Below, in pieces: positions 1-9,786 of a stretch of DNA of 64,000 nt. Origin of the DNA: Gammaproteobacteria bacterium (GTDB lineage: Bacteria > Pseudomonadota > Gammaproteobacteria > UBA4575); assembly GCA_965243395.1 (NCBI GenBank), contig CBDEUS010000002.1, positions 288,001-352,000 of the forward strand. The letters are read 5' to 3'. Under the pieces are notes generated by a model. The model worked only from the letters and a program-made list of their open reading frames with translations, did no database searches and had not been told where the DNA came from. Each line of letters starts with the position of its first letter. Within the stretch, counting starts at the first letter, position 1. The translations under genes and the position numbers were made by a program.

Positions 1-30
1 GATATGTTGTCCTATATCTTGATAAACCAT
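1..30 (-). CDS. phoU: Probable phosphate signalling protein PhoU, N-terminal 10 codons only (runs off window edge)
   Basis: Minus strand reads GAGAGG RBS then ATG...MVYQDIGQHI, resembling the PhoU N-terminal HIS motif region; directly downstream of pstB. Confidence 0.6.
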   Translation of the reverse strand, partial: MVYQDIGQHI

Positions 31-48
31 AATTGCCTCTCAGTTCAC

Positions 49-873
49 TTAACCGTAACGGCCGGTAATATAATCCTCTGTCTTCTTTTCGTTCGGGTTG
101 GTAAACAGTTGATTAGTTGCTCCGAATTCAATCAACTCACCTAAATATAAAAATGCTGTGTAGTCTGATACACGTGCAGCTTGTTGCATGTTATGTGTAA
201 CGATAACTACTGTGTATTGTTCTTTAAGTTGAATAATTAATTCTTCAATCTTTAATGTTGAAATCGGATCAAGCGCCGATGCAGGTTCGTCTAATAAAAT
301 AACTTCTGGTTGAATCGCAATGGCTCTTGCAATAACAAGGCGCTGCTGTTGTCCGCCAGATAGACCAAGTGCATTGTCTTCCAAACGATCTTTAACTTCT
401 TCCCAAAGAGCTGCGCCTTTTAAAGCCCACTCTACTCGTTCGTCTAAGACTCGTTTTTTGTTAATGCCTTGCAAACGCAAACCATAGGCAACATTTTCAT
501 ATACCGTTTTTGGGAATGGATTAGGTTTTTGAAAAACCATGCCCACTTTACGACGAAGCTCTGCAACATTTACAGATTTAGAATTAATGTCTTCTCCATG
601 TAATAACATCTGTCCTTCCAACCTTACAGAATCAATTAAATCATTCATGCGATTCATACAACGCAATAAAGTTGACTTTCCACAACCACTAGGGCCAATA
701 AATGCAGTCACTCTTTTTTCTGGAATATTCAAATTAATATTTTTTAAAGCCTGCGCAGCACCATAAAAAAGATTAAAGTCCTTACATTCAAAACAAGTAT
801 TTTCATTTTCTAATGAAAGACCTTCTGCATTAAGAAGCACTTCATGTGATACGTTTGGGGCTGCCATGGTCAT
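49..873 (-). CDS. pstB: Phosphate ABC transporter ATP-binding protein
   Basis: Walker [41 protein letters not shown]-terminal [10 protein letters not shown]. Confidence 0.98.
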   Translation of the reverse strand: MTMAAPNVSHEVLLNAEGLSLENENTCFECKDFNLFYGAAQALKNINLNIPEKRVTAFIGPSGCGKSTLLRCMNRMNDLIDSVRLEGQMLLHGEDINSKSVNVAELRRKVGMVFQKPNPFPKTVYENVAYGLRLQGINKKRVLDERVEWALKGAALWEEVKDRLEDNALGLSGGQQQRLVIARAIAIQPEVILLDEPASALDPISTLKIEELIIQLKEQYTVVIVTHNMQQAARVSDYTAFLYLGELIEFGATNQLFTNPNEKKTEDYITGRYG

Positions 874-914
874 TTTCCTAAACTCCTAATCCTTATATTA
901 TTAAATGGATTCAA

Positions 915-2597
915 TTAGTGTTGTTCTAGGCTCCTATATTTTTCTCTTAAATGATTACGTATGTATATTGCAGAAAGATTTAAAATGACGATTACTACCA
1001 CCAATATTAATGCCGTTGCATAAACCAATGGCCTTGCGGCTTCCACATTTGGACTTTGAAAACCCACATCATAAATATGGAACCCTAGATGCATAAATTT
1101 CCTTTCTAGATGCACAAACGGTGCGTTCATGTCTAGCGGTAACGATGGGGCTAACTTTACAGCACCCACTAACATTAATGGAGCTACCTCACCCGCGGCA
1201 CGCGCAACGGCTAAAATTAATCCCGTCATCATTGCCGGACTCGTCATCGGCAGTACTGTGCGCCACAAAGTTTCTGCTTTCGTGGCACCCAGAGCAAGCG
1301 AACCCTCTCTGACCGCTCGGGGTATACGAGACAAGCCTTCTTCCGTGGCCACAATCACGACAGGCACGGTAAGCAACGCCAGAGTCAATGAAGCCCAAAG
1401 TATACCTCCGGAACCAAAAGTAGGGGCGGGCAAGGCTTCTCTAAAAAATAATTCATCAATCGAGCCGCCCACCACATAAACAAAAAAACCTAAACCAAAT
1501 ACGCCATAAACAATAGATGGTACACCTGCTAAGTTATTTACAGAAATGCGTACCAATCGAGTGATAAACCCTTGATGTGCATATTCACGTAAATATATCG
1601 CTGCGATCACGCCAAAAGGCGTCACGATAATAGACATGAGTAAGACCATAACTACCGTTCCAAAAATAGCAGGGAAAATTCCACCTTCTGTATTAGCTTC
1701 GCGCGGGTCATCCGTAATAAAGCCCCAAAATGTTTTAATATAAAAGATTATTTTTTCGCCTACGTGCATCGCGTTGGGACGATAGGCTTTAACAATATTT
1801 GCGAGTTTGATTTCCTTCTCGCCGCCGGTCATTTCCCGCAAAATAATGCTGTCTTGAGACATTTCTATATAAAGACTGTCTAGTTCTGCCTTTAATATTT
1901 CATAATCTGCAGTGTATTTAACTTTTTGATCATCGAGTTCTTGATATTTCGCGGGATCATCAACTTCATCTAATTCTAAGCCACGTCTTTTTAAACGCAG
2001 CTTTTCCAATTTATAGTTAATCGCACCGATATCATGTTTTTCAATATGCTCTATTCTTTCTCGAAGTTGAAATATATTATCTAAACGTTGTTCAAGATCT
2101 TGCCACTTGATTTCATCATAGAGATTAAGGACCTCTCCTTTTGATTTGATTTCTTTAAGATAACCGTAGAAATTTCCCCATTGAGTACGTTCCAGCACAA
2201 GCACATCTTTTGGTTTTTCAATTTTAAGCTCGTTAGGCTCAACGGTAAGCATAAAGTCGATACCTAAGATTTCACGATTGCCTACTTTAATTAAGCTACG
2301 TTTTATTTGTTCATCATCAGAACGAACTTTGATACCTGACTCAATAATTCTCTGTCTTGGAACTTGTTCTGTTTCAACTCTTTCACCAATTATTGTTGCG
2401 ATTTGAGTTCCATTATCGTATTCAATTTCATATACGGTTTTCGGCCAAAAATGTCCTAAACCTCGAGATGCAATCAACAGCAATAACCCAAAAACCATAA
2501 TCATGCTAATAGCAACTGCACCTGCATTCAGCCACACCCATGGCGTGCCTGAAGACATAAAGTTTTTAAAAGTATGCTTATGATCGTTCATATTCAT
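915..2597 (-). CDS. pstA: Phosphate ABC transporter permease PstA, long form with periplasmic coiled-coil insert
   Basis: PREANTEGGIFPAIFGT, NLAGVPSIVYG, ARAAGEVAPL; operon context. Confidence 0.96.
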   Translation of the reverse strand: MNMNDHKHTFKNFMSSGTPWVWLNAGAVAISMIMVFGLLLLIASRGLGHFWPKTVYEIEYDNGTQIATIIGERVETEQVPRQRIIESGIKVRSDDEQIKRSLIKVGNREILGIDFMLTVEPNELKIEKPKDVLVLERTQWGNFYGYLKEIKSKGEVLNLYDEIKWQDLEQRLDNIFQLRERIEHIEKHDIGAINYKLEKLRLKRRGLELDEVDDPAKYQELDDQKVKYTADYEILKAELDSLYIEMSQDSIILREMTGGEKEIKLANIVKAYRPNAMHVGEKIIFYIKTFWGFITDDPREANTEGGIFPAIFGTVVMVLLMSIIVTPFGVIAAIYLREYAHQGFITRLVRISVNNLAGVPSIVYGVFGLGFFVYVVGGSIDELFFREALPAPTFGSGGILWASLTLALLTVPVVIVATEEGLSRIPRAVREGSLALGATKAETLWRTVLPMTSPAMMTGLILAVARAAGEVAPLMLVGAVKLAPSLPLDMNAPFVHLERKFMHLGFHIYDVGFQSPNVEAARPLVYATALILVVVIVILNLSAIYIRNHLREKYRSLEQH

Positions 2598-2599
2598 AT

Positions 2600-4876
2600 T
2601 TATAATGTGCTGTATTTAACACGTAATCGCTGACGCACTATTTCCGCAATAGTGTTAAAGAAAAACGTAAACAAAAATAAAACCAAGGCGGCGAGAAACA
2701 GAATTCTAAAATGTGTGCTATCGACTTCCGATTCAGGTAGTTCAACCGCAACGTTCGCAGACAAAGTACGCATCCCTTCAAAAATACTAAAATCCATCAC
2801 AGGTGTATTACCTGTCGCCATGAGCACAATCATGGTCTCGCCTACTGCGCGACCCAAACCAATCATCGTGGCAGAAAATATTCCAGGACTTGCAGAAGGC
2901 AAAACTACACGCACTAAAGTTTGCCAAGGCGTTGCGCCTAACGCTAAAGATCCTGAAGATAAATGTTTAGGTACACTAAAAATGGCATCTTCTGCGATAG
3001 AAAATATAGTCGGGATCACTGCAAACCCCATTGCAATACCAATGATGATTGAGTTTCTTTGGTCATAACCAATGCCCATGGTATCGGTGAGCCATAAACG
3101 CATATTGCCATCAAAAAACACGCGCTCCATCCACGGGCTTGCGCCCAAAGCAATCCAACCACATATAAGCACTATGGGTACTAGTAAAGCAGCCTGCCAA
3201 CCATCAGGAATTTGATTTTTAATTTTATCGGGTATAAACCACCACACTATGCTCGCTAAGATAATTCCTAATGGCAGTGCAATAAGAGAAGCAAATACGC
3301 CCGGTAAATGTGATTCAACAAACGGTGCTAACCAAAGACCTGCAAGGAAACCCAAAATTACAGTCGGCAAGGCTTCCATAATTTCGATGGAAGGTTTCAC
3401 AATGCCACGCATTTTTGGTGCCATGAAGTAAGCTGTAAAAATAGCGCCACATATTGCTAAAGGCATTGCAACCAACATGGCATAAAAAGCAGCTTTGAAG
3501 GTTCCGAAAGTTAAAGGTGTAAGACTAAACTTGGGTTCAAAGTCACTGGAAGCAGAAGACGATTGCCAAATATAATCTGGCTCAGGATAATTCTCGTACC
3601 AGACTTTGCCCCAAATCGAGCTAAAGGAAGATTCAGGATGTTCACTATCCAGTTCCCAAATATGCAATTTGCCAGATTTGTCTTCGGTAATAATTTTATT
3701 ACTTCTAGGGGCAATACCAAGATGCTGCAACGGTTGATCAATTATATTTTCCGTGATGACGTGGCGTGATGCCGTGGTATGAAAGATTGAAATATTGCCG
3801 CCTTCATCTGTAACTACAAATCCTTTACGTAGTTGCTCGGCGGTGATGCTGGTAATTTTCGCGTCCCCACTTTTGAAATTTCTAATCGGTGTTAATTTAT
3901 AAGCCCCGCTTTCATCACGCACTAAAAACAATTGATGTATATTGCCGTGATCATCCGCAAGTAATAAAGAAATACCTCCAATTAAAAATTCAAGTACGGT
4001 GGGGTTATTACCTTCATCAAGTACTGAAACTGCTTCAATATGAATTGGCTCATCTTTTTTACGTATATCGTAATAGTCAATGGCACCTTTAGTATTAAGC
4101 AGGTATAGCCACTGTCGTTCAGGCGATATCAACACCTTAATAGGTTTATCAACATAGGGAAGCTGTACCTGACTTGTAAGTTCTAAAGTGAGTTCATCCT
4201 CATCCAAAAATGAAGTTTGTTTTTCAAAATTAATTAACCTCGGTCCACTATTTGTATGTGCGAATACTGTAATCCCACTTTCATTATCACTAATCGCAAT
4301 ACTTTCGAGAGTTTGCTCGCCAATTTCCAGGTTAATAGGCTCCTCACCATAAGGAAAAGTAATGCTTGGAATAATGGTACGCTTGCCTTCATTGAATCTG
4401 GCTGCATATTGATGTCGAAAAATAAGTACTTTGCCGTTACTCAATCCTAATCCAAGGATATTTTGCTCTTTACTGATATGACTCCAACTATTTATTTTTA
4501 CCTGTTCGTCCTTTAGCAAATTTTCTGATGATATATTTTTGCCACCCTCAATATAAAAAAAGTTCGCCGTACCTGCGTCATCAAGACGCATCCCAATTTC
4601 GGCTTGCTCTTCGATTGAATACAATAAAGTTTTATGCTCGGTTTCATTCAACGGATAACTTGCAACCTCATGCATAACCGCCCCTTTAAATAAGGGGAAC
4701 ACTACTGCAAATAAAAATAAGAAAATTAGAATGATGGAGCCGATGACCGCGACACCACCTACGCCCACTAAATATCGTGCTAATACATCTCTAATTGATC
4801 GGCGTTTCCATAAATCATGATCAAATTCCAATGGCTTTGGAACTGTTAATTGAGATGAACCTGATTCTTCAGACAT
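2600..4876 (-). CDS. pstC: Phosphate ABC transporter permease PstC, long form with large periplasmic beta-rich domain
   Basis: PLTFGTFKAA, GLGRAVGETMIVLMATGN; between pstS and pstA. Confidence 0.95.
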   Translation of the reverse strand: MSEESGSSQLTVPKPLEFDHDLWKRRSIRDVLARYLVGVGGVAVIGSIILIFLFLFAVVFPLFKGAVMHEVASYPLNETEHKTLLYSIEEQAEIGMRLDDAGTANFFYIEGGKNISSENLLKDEQVKINSWSHISKEQNILGLGLSNGKVLIFRHQYAARFNEGKRTIIPSITFPYGEEPINLEIGEQTLESIAISDNESGITVFAHTNSGPRLINFEKQTSFLDEDELTLELTSQVQLPYVDKPIKVLISPERQWLYLLNTKGAIDYYDIRKKDEPIHIEAVSVLDEGNNPTVLEFLIGGISLLLADDHGNIHQLFLVRDESGAYKLTPIRNFKSGDAKITSITAEQLRKGFVVTDEGGNISIFHTTASRHVITENIIDQPLQHLGIAPRSNKIITEDKSGKLHIWELDSEHPESSFSSIWGKVWYENYPEPDYIWQSSSASSDFEPKFSLTPLTFGTFKAAFYAMLVAMPLAICGAIFTAYFMAPKMRGIVKPSIEIMEALPTVILGFLAGLWLAPFVESHLPGVFASLIALPLGIILASIVWWFIPDKIKNQIPDGWQAALLVPIVLICGWIALGASPWMERVFFDGNMRLWLTDTMGIGYDQRNSIIIGIAMGFAVIPTIFSIAEDAIFSVPKHLSSGSLALGATPWQTLVRVVLPSASPGIFSATMIGLGRAVGETMIVLMATGNTPVMDFSIFEGMRTLSANVAVELPESEVDSTHFRILFLAALVLFLFTFFFNTIAEIVRQRLRVKYSTL

Positions 4877-4921
4877 GCTTATAGTTTTTATTATTGGATT
4901 CAGGAGTAAAAAGTATACTCG

Positions 4922-4950
4922 AAAAAAAGGCCCTGCATCACAGGGCCTTT
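4922..4950 (-). terminator. Intrinsic terminator / stabilising hairpin after pstS
   Basis: AAAGGCCCTG-CATCA-CAGGGCCTTT inverted repeat with a T-run on the minus strand. Confidence 0.8.
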
Positions 4951-5012
4951 CACTTATTCAGGCAGTTGCCCTTAAACCTAATCTAAATATATAGATAGGT
5001 CTATTATTATTA

Positions 5013-6023
5013 TTATTCTGCAGCGCTTACCTTCATGGCACTTTTTTCTACATCAATAGAAGCCAGCGCTTTGTCAGCAACTTTTGACGGTAACGGAATA
5101 TAACCATCTTTTACTACAACTTTTTGACCTTGGGTAGATAGCACCATTTTAATGAACTCGCTCTCAAGTGGAGAAAGTGGCTTGCCAGGCGCCTTATTTA
5201 CATAGACATACAAAAATCTAGCAAGAGGATAATCACCTGTTATGGCATTTTCAGATGTAGCTTCAATAGCGCCTGAATTACCTTTTGATAATGCAACCGC
5301 TTTTACACCAGAGGTCTTGTAACCAATACCTGAATAACCAATTCCGTTTAGAGATGAAGATACAGACTGAACAACCGATGCAGAACCTGGTTGCTCATTT
5401 ACAGTTGACTTGAAGTCACCTTTACAAAGTGCTTTTTTCTTAAAGTATCCATATGTACCTGATACGGAGTTACGACCAAATAATTGAATGTCGCGTTTAC
5501 CCCAATCGCTTTCTAAACCAAGATCGCCCCATGTTGCAATATCAGCAGCACCGCCACATGTGCGCGTGCTAGAAAATACAGCGTCTACTTGCTCAATGCT
5601 CATGCTTTGAATGGGATTATCTTTGTGTACATATACTGCTAAAGCATCTATTGCTACTGGAATTGCAGTAGGCTTGTAACCAAATTTCTTTTCAAATGAT
5701 GCAAGTTCTTTGTCTTTCATCTTTCGGCTCATAGGACCTAGATTTGAAGTGCCTTCAGTCAATGCAGGCGGTGCAGTAGAAGAGCCTGCTGCTTGAATTT
5801 GAATATTAACGTTAGGATAAAAACGCTTGTATTCTTCTGCCCAAAGAGTCATCAAATTTGCCAGTGTGTCAGAACCAACACTCGATAAGTTGCCTGAAAC
5901 ACCACTTGTGGCTGCATACTCACCAAGGTCAGCATCTACGCTCACCTCAGCCGACACGGACGCTGCTGAAGTAATTAGCAATGCTGCTGTAATTACGTAA
6001 AATTTCTTAATCAATGCGTACAT
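5013..6023 (-). CDS. pstS: Phosphate ABC transporter substrate-binding protein
   Basis: Signal peptide, [31 protein letters not shown]. Confidence 0.97.
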   Translation of the reverse strand: MYALIKKFYVITAALLITSAASVSAEVSVDADLGEYAATSGVSGNLSSVGSDTLANLMTLWAEEYKRFYPNVNIQIQAAGSSTAPPALTEGTSNLGPMSRKMKDKELASFEKKFGYKPTAIPVAIDALAVYVHKDNPIQSMSIEQVDAVFSSTRTCGGAADIATWGDLGLESDWGKRDIQLFGRNSVSGTYGYFKKKALCKGDFKSTVNEQPGSASVVQSVSSSLNGIGYSGIGYKTSGVKAVALSKGNSGAIEATSENAITGDYPLARFLYVYVNKAPGKPLSPLESEFIKMVLSTQGQKVVVKDGYIPLPSKVADKALASIDVEKSAMKVSAAE

Positions 6024-6068
6024 TAAAAAACTCCTGAAAGTTATGGATTATTTTGATTTTCGATGTTG

Positions 6069-6124
6069 AGCTTAGGATTCATGTGTTACAAGCTTATGGT
6101 ATGAATATTACAGTTTTGTTAAAC
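6069..6124 (-). promoter_or_regulatory. Tandem Pho boxes and -10 of the pstS promoter
   Basis: Minus-strand heptamers GTTTAAC, CTGTAAT, ATACCAT, TTGTAAC at exact 11-bp spacing (6118, 6107, 6096, 6085), then TAAGCT. Confidence 0.75.
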
Positions 6125-6140
6125 CATAAGTATCTGTTTT

Positions 6141-7457
6141 TTATGAATTATTTCCGTTTAATGTGATTCGATCTGCAGGAAAATTACATATAAAACGACT
6201 TCCCACACCTAATTCACTTTCAATTTCCAGATGGCCATCATGTCGCCCCAGAATATGCTTTACGATCGACAACCCTAAACCGGTGCCGCCTTTCTCGCGC
6301 GAACGCCCGGCATCCACCCGATAAAAACGTTCTGTTAATCTTTCGATATGCTCCTCAGCTATACCTTGCCCTTCATCTTCAACGATAAGTTGGACTACAT
6401 CATTACTTGCTTTCTTCCATATAACATTTATTTTAGATCCTGGTTCAGTATGTTTTACGGCGTTGTTAATTAAATTTGACACGACACTGTGAATTTCTTG
6501 TAAATCCCCTTTAATCATCAAATCGCTATCAATTTGTGTAGCTATTTTATGATTGGTAAACCATGTTGAGAGTTTGGCGTCTTCGACTACCTCCGTTATT
6601 AATGAAGCCACAGGAACCACTTCAGCGTCTTTTGCAGCGGAACTTGTAGACTCTAATCGCGAAAGTGTTAACAGGTCTTCTACTAATTGTTTCATACGAT
6701 GCGCTTGTACCTCTGCGGCACTAATAGCAATTTTGCATTCTTCACTTAGGTTATTGTTCATCATAAGAGACTCTAAATAACCAAGAATTACCGTGAGAGG
6801 TGTACGCAATTCATGTGAAGCATTGGAAATAAAGCTGCGACGCATTTCGTAAATACGCGCAGATTGAGACATATCTTGACCAATTAAAACGAGCTTGCTT
6901 TCGCCAAATGGAATAATGCGTACGCTGAGCTCTGATTCATTTGCGGAAGATCCTCTGATTTCTAAAGGCTCATCAAACTTTCCTGCATTAAAGTAATCTG
7001 TAAAGGAAGGGTTTCGCACAAGCTGTGTTATGCGAGTGTTTTTATCTTGTTCAAGATCAATTTGTAATAAATCGTTTGCTGCTTGGTTTGCGGATAAAAT
7101 CTCTCCACTTATTCCCATCACAACCACGGCATCGGGCAATGCTGAAATCATTTGTTTATACTGATTAATTAAATCTTGAAACTCAGATTTTTTAACTTGA
7201 TGTGCTTTTTGCAAATCAACAATATTTGAAACATGTTGATCAGCAATGCCCAAATATTCTGGGGCATCTTCTACAATGGCACCAGCATCTAGCCATTGTT
7301 TGAGTGTGACTAACTGTCTAGCAGTCCACAACCCATAAATGACTAAACCTAGAATAAAAAATAGTGGAAAAAATCCTGTGAAAAAACCAATTAGAGTACA
7401 TGGGACAAAAACTAAAAGTATTCTATTTAGTTCTGATAACCATGCACTGAATGACAT
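6141..7457 (-). CDS. phoR: Phosphate regulon sensor histidine kinase
   Basis: N-terminal TM, PAS region, SHELRTPL, ERFYRVD, GTGLGLSIV; coupled to phoB. Confidence 0.97.
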   Translation of the reverse strand: MSFSAWLSELNRILLVFVPCTLIGFFTGFFPLFFILGLVIYGLWTARQLVTLKQWLDAGAIVEDAPEYLGIADQHVSNIVDLQKAHQVKKSEFQDLINQYKQMISALPDAVVVMGISGEILSANQAANDLLQIDLEQDKNTRITQLVRNPSFTDYFNAGKFDEPLEIRGSSANESELSVRIIPFGESKLVLIGQDMSQSARIYEMRRSFISNASHELRTPLTVILGYLESLMMNNNLSEECKIAISAAEVQAHRMKQLVEDLLTLSRLESTSSAAKDAEVVPVASLITEVVEDAKLSTWFTNHKIATQIDSDLMIKGDLQEIHSVVSNLINNAVKHTEPGSKINVIWKKASNDVVQLIVEDEGQGIAEEHIERLTERFYRVDAGRSREKGGTGLGLSIVKHILGRHDGHLEIESELGVGSRFICNFPADRITLNGNNS

Positions 7458-8146
7458 TATTTCTTTTCGGAAAAACGATAACCGTAACCACGTACCGTTT
7501 GAATCATTTGATCACAATTTAAAGGCTTAAGTAATTTTCTTAAACGCACAATATGAACATCTACTGTACGCTCTTCTACATACATGTTACGACCCCATAC
7601 GTAATCTAACAACTGATTCCGTGAATAAACCCGATCTGGATGAGTCATAAAAAATTCTAGTAACCGAAATTCGGTCGGTCCCAAATCTAGAGACTCATCA
7701 TGTACATAGGCACGATGAGCATTTAAATCTAATCGGATTGGCCCAATTTTTACTTCATTTTCAAGGCTGCCTGAGCCTCTGCGCAATACTGCACGTATAC
7801 GCGCAGTTAACTCTTTTACCGAAAATGGTTTAGTGATGTAGTCATCAGCACCTGAGTCTAGGCCATCTATTTTATCCCTTTCTTCTACACGTGCGGTAAG
7901 CATAATAACGGGCACTTCTTGCATAGTATCCTTGCGCTTCCAGCGACGCAAAAGCTCTAAACCGCTTGTATCAGGCAACATCCAGTCTAAGAGAATTAAG
8001 TCAGGTAAGTTATTAGCAATTTGTAATTCAGCCGCGCTGCCATTCTCAGCTTCATCAATTACATAGCCTTCTTGCCCTAATGCAAAAGACACCATTTCTC
8101 GAATCGAGTGTTCGTCTTCAATTAAAAGTATGCGTTTACTGCTCAT
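7457..8146 (-). CDS. phoB: Phosphate regulon response regulator (alternative upstream ATG at 8206)
   Basis: LLDWMLP receiver, GPTEFRLL, YVEERTVDVHI; start at 8146 gives the typical 229 aa. Confidence 0.97.
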   Translation of the reverse strand: MSSKRILLIEDEHSIREMVSFALGQEGYVIDEAENGSAAELQIANNLPDLILLDWMLPDTSGLELLRRWKRKDTMQEVPVIMLTARVEERDKIDGLDSGADDYITKPFSVKELTARIRAVLRRGSGSLENEVKIGPIRLDLNAHRAYVHDESLDLGPTEFRLLEFFMTHPDRVYSRNQLLDYVWGRNMYVEERTVDVHIVRLRKLLKPLNCDQMIQTVRGYGYRFSEKK

Positions 8147-8235
8147 ATTTTGAGCCTGAATGGAATGGAGTGAATGATGTTCTTCTGCAACATATTGATT
8201 CTGCATGATTGTAACCCGCTATGAAACGAAGGGGC

Positions 8236-8269
8236 ATTATTTTCCACATTTGTTACAGAACTATTATCT
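8236..8269 (-). promoter_or_regulatory. Pho box and -10 of the phoBR promoter
   Basis: Minus strand AGATAAT-N4-CTGTAAC followed by AATAAT. Confidence 0.6.
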
Positions 8270-8331
8270 ACCTTTAAATCAACTAGATGCATGAATCAGA
8301 TGGGTTATGACTATATACCTAAACTCTATGC

Positions 8332-8371
8332 TTGTAACAAAATTGTAATAATTTATTCATATTGGTTTCAC
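8332..8371 (+). promoter_or_regulatory. Tandem Pho boxes upstream of the porin
   Basis: TTGTAAC, TTGTAAT, TATTCAT, GTTTCAC at 8332, 8343, 8354, 8365 (11-bp period). Confidence 0.78.
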
Positions 8372-8433
8372 AGACATTGCGCAAGATTCTCAGCCTGTAA
8401 ATTAATAATTATCAAATAACAGGGAGGCTCTTC

Positions 8434-9702
8434 GTGAGACTTAAAAATTTCATGGTTGCAGCTACAAGTGCAATCGCATTATTTAGTTTTAGCTCAGCAG
8501 CATTTGCTGGTGCTGTAACTTCAAAAGAAAATATTGCCATTAAAACAACAGGTGGCGGTATCAAAATTGAATCCGATAACGGAAATTCCTTCTCAATTGG
8601 TGGGCGCATTATGTATGACTATGACAGTTATGATGGCGCATATAATGCTGACTTTGATGGAGATACAGGATCAGAGTCTGAGTTTCGTCGCACTCGTGTG
8701 AATGTTAAGGGAACATCAGGGAAAAACTGGGAATATAAGTTAACTGTTGATATCGACGAAGGCGAAGCTGAAGTTGATACTGGTTACATTAAATATAAAG
8801 GTTTTGAAAATGTAGCTTTTGTACTGGGTCGACTTAAAGCACCTGCTGGTTTAGAAGAGCTCACATCTTCAAAATGGATCTCTACAGTCGAAAGAACTGT
8901 CACCACAAGTGATTTCGGAATTTTATCAGGTAAACCTGATTTTCAATTTCAGGCACAAGCGCATGGTGGAAACTTCTTTGGCCAAGTCGCAATAATTGAT
9001 GAAGGTAATGAAGATGCAGATACAGCAGATTCTTATTCATTGGCTTTGCGTGCAGGTGGACATTTTCCAATTGGCGAAGAAAATCATTTTTTACATGCCG
9101 CAGCTTCGTACGCAGATCGTGATTTTGGTGACGAAGGTACAATTGGCTTTGAAACTGAAGGTGCCGTACATGCATTACCAGGCGATATTAAAGTACAAGA
9201 TGACGCAGATTTTGAAGTTGATGATGCAGATCAATTAGGTGTAGAGCTTGCATATGTAAATGGCCCATTTTCAGCACAAGGTGAATTATGGTCAGCAAGT
9301 TTTGACGGAGACATTAATGGTGCTGGCGATGTAGCTGACACGGATATAGATGTTGATTCTTATTATGCTTTAGTCAGCTACTTCTTAACTGGTGAATCAA
9401 GAGGTTATAAAGGCAAAGTTGGTAAATTTGATAAAGTTAAACCAAAGGGCCCACGTGGAGCTTGGGAGCTTGTAGCTAAGTATGAAGATGGCGAAATTGA
9501 TCCAGACAATCAGGCTGACGAATCAGAATTCGAAATACTTACTCTTGGTGTTAATTGGTATCCGACCAATAACCTTAAATTCATGTTGAACTACTTAGAC
9601 ATTGATACAGATAATTTTGATTCGGAAGACGGTGTAGCGCTATCTACGCTTGGCGAAGAAGATGGAAATGCTGTTTCATTCCGTGCTCAGTATGCATTCT
9701 AA
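8434..9702 (+). CDS. Phosphate-selective porin, OprO/OprP family
   Basis: GTG start, signal peptide, GGRIMYD, EFRRTR, GLEELTSS, GAWELVA, TLGVNWY, terminal RAQYAF; Pho boxes upstream. Confidence 0.92.
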   Translation: MRLKNFMVAATSAIALFSFSSAAFAGAVTSKENIAIKTTGGGIKIESDNGNSFSIGGRIMYDYDSYDGAYNADFDGDTGSESEFRRTRVNVKGTSGKNWEYKLTVDIDEGEAEVDTGYIKYKGFENVAFVLGRLKAPAGLEELTSSKWISTVERTVTTSDFGILSGKPDFQFQAQAHGGNFFGQVAIIDEGNEDADTADSYSLALRAGGHFPIGEENHFLHAAASYADRDFGDEGTIGFETEGAVHALPGDIKVQDDADFEVDDADQLGVELAYVNGPFSAQGELWSASFDGDINGAGDVADTDIDVDSYYALVSYFLTGESRGYKGKVGKFDKVKPKGPRGAWELVAKYEDGEIDPDNQADESEFEILTLGVNWYPTNNLKFMLNYLDIDTDNFDSEDGVALSTLGEEDGNAVSFRAQYAF

Positions 9703-9735
9703 TAACTCTTAGTTTCACTCCTCTACTTTGAGTAT

Positions 9736-9771
9736 AAGGCTATCTACTTGTTAAAGCAGATGGCCTTTTTT
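9736..9771 (+). terminator. Intrinsic terminator after the porin
   Basis: AAGGCTATCT...AGATGGCCTT stem followed by a T-run. Confidence 0.75.
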
Positions 9772-9786
9772 ATGTAGAAGTAACAA

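Noticed and set aside
915-4876. Unusually long PstA and PstC with large periplasmic inserts
   Set aside because: This long-form Pst permease pair is already known in gammaproteobacteria such as Pseudomonas
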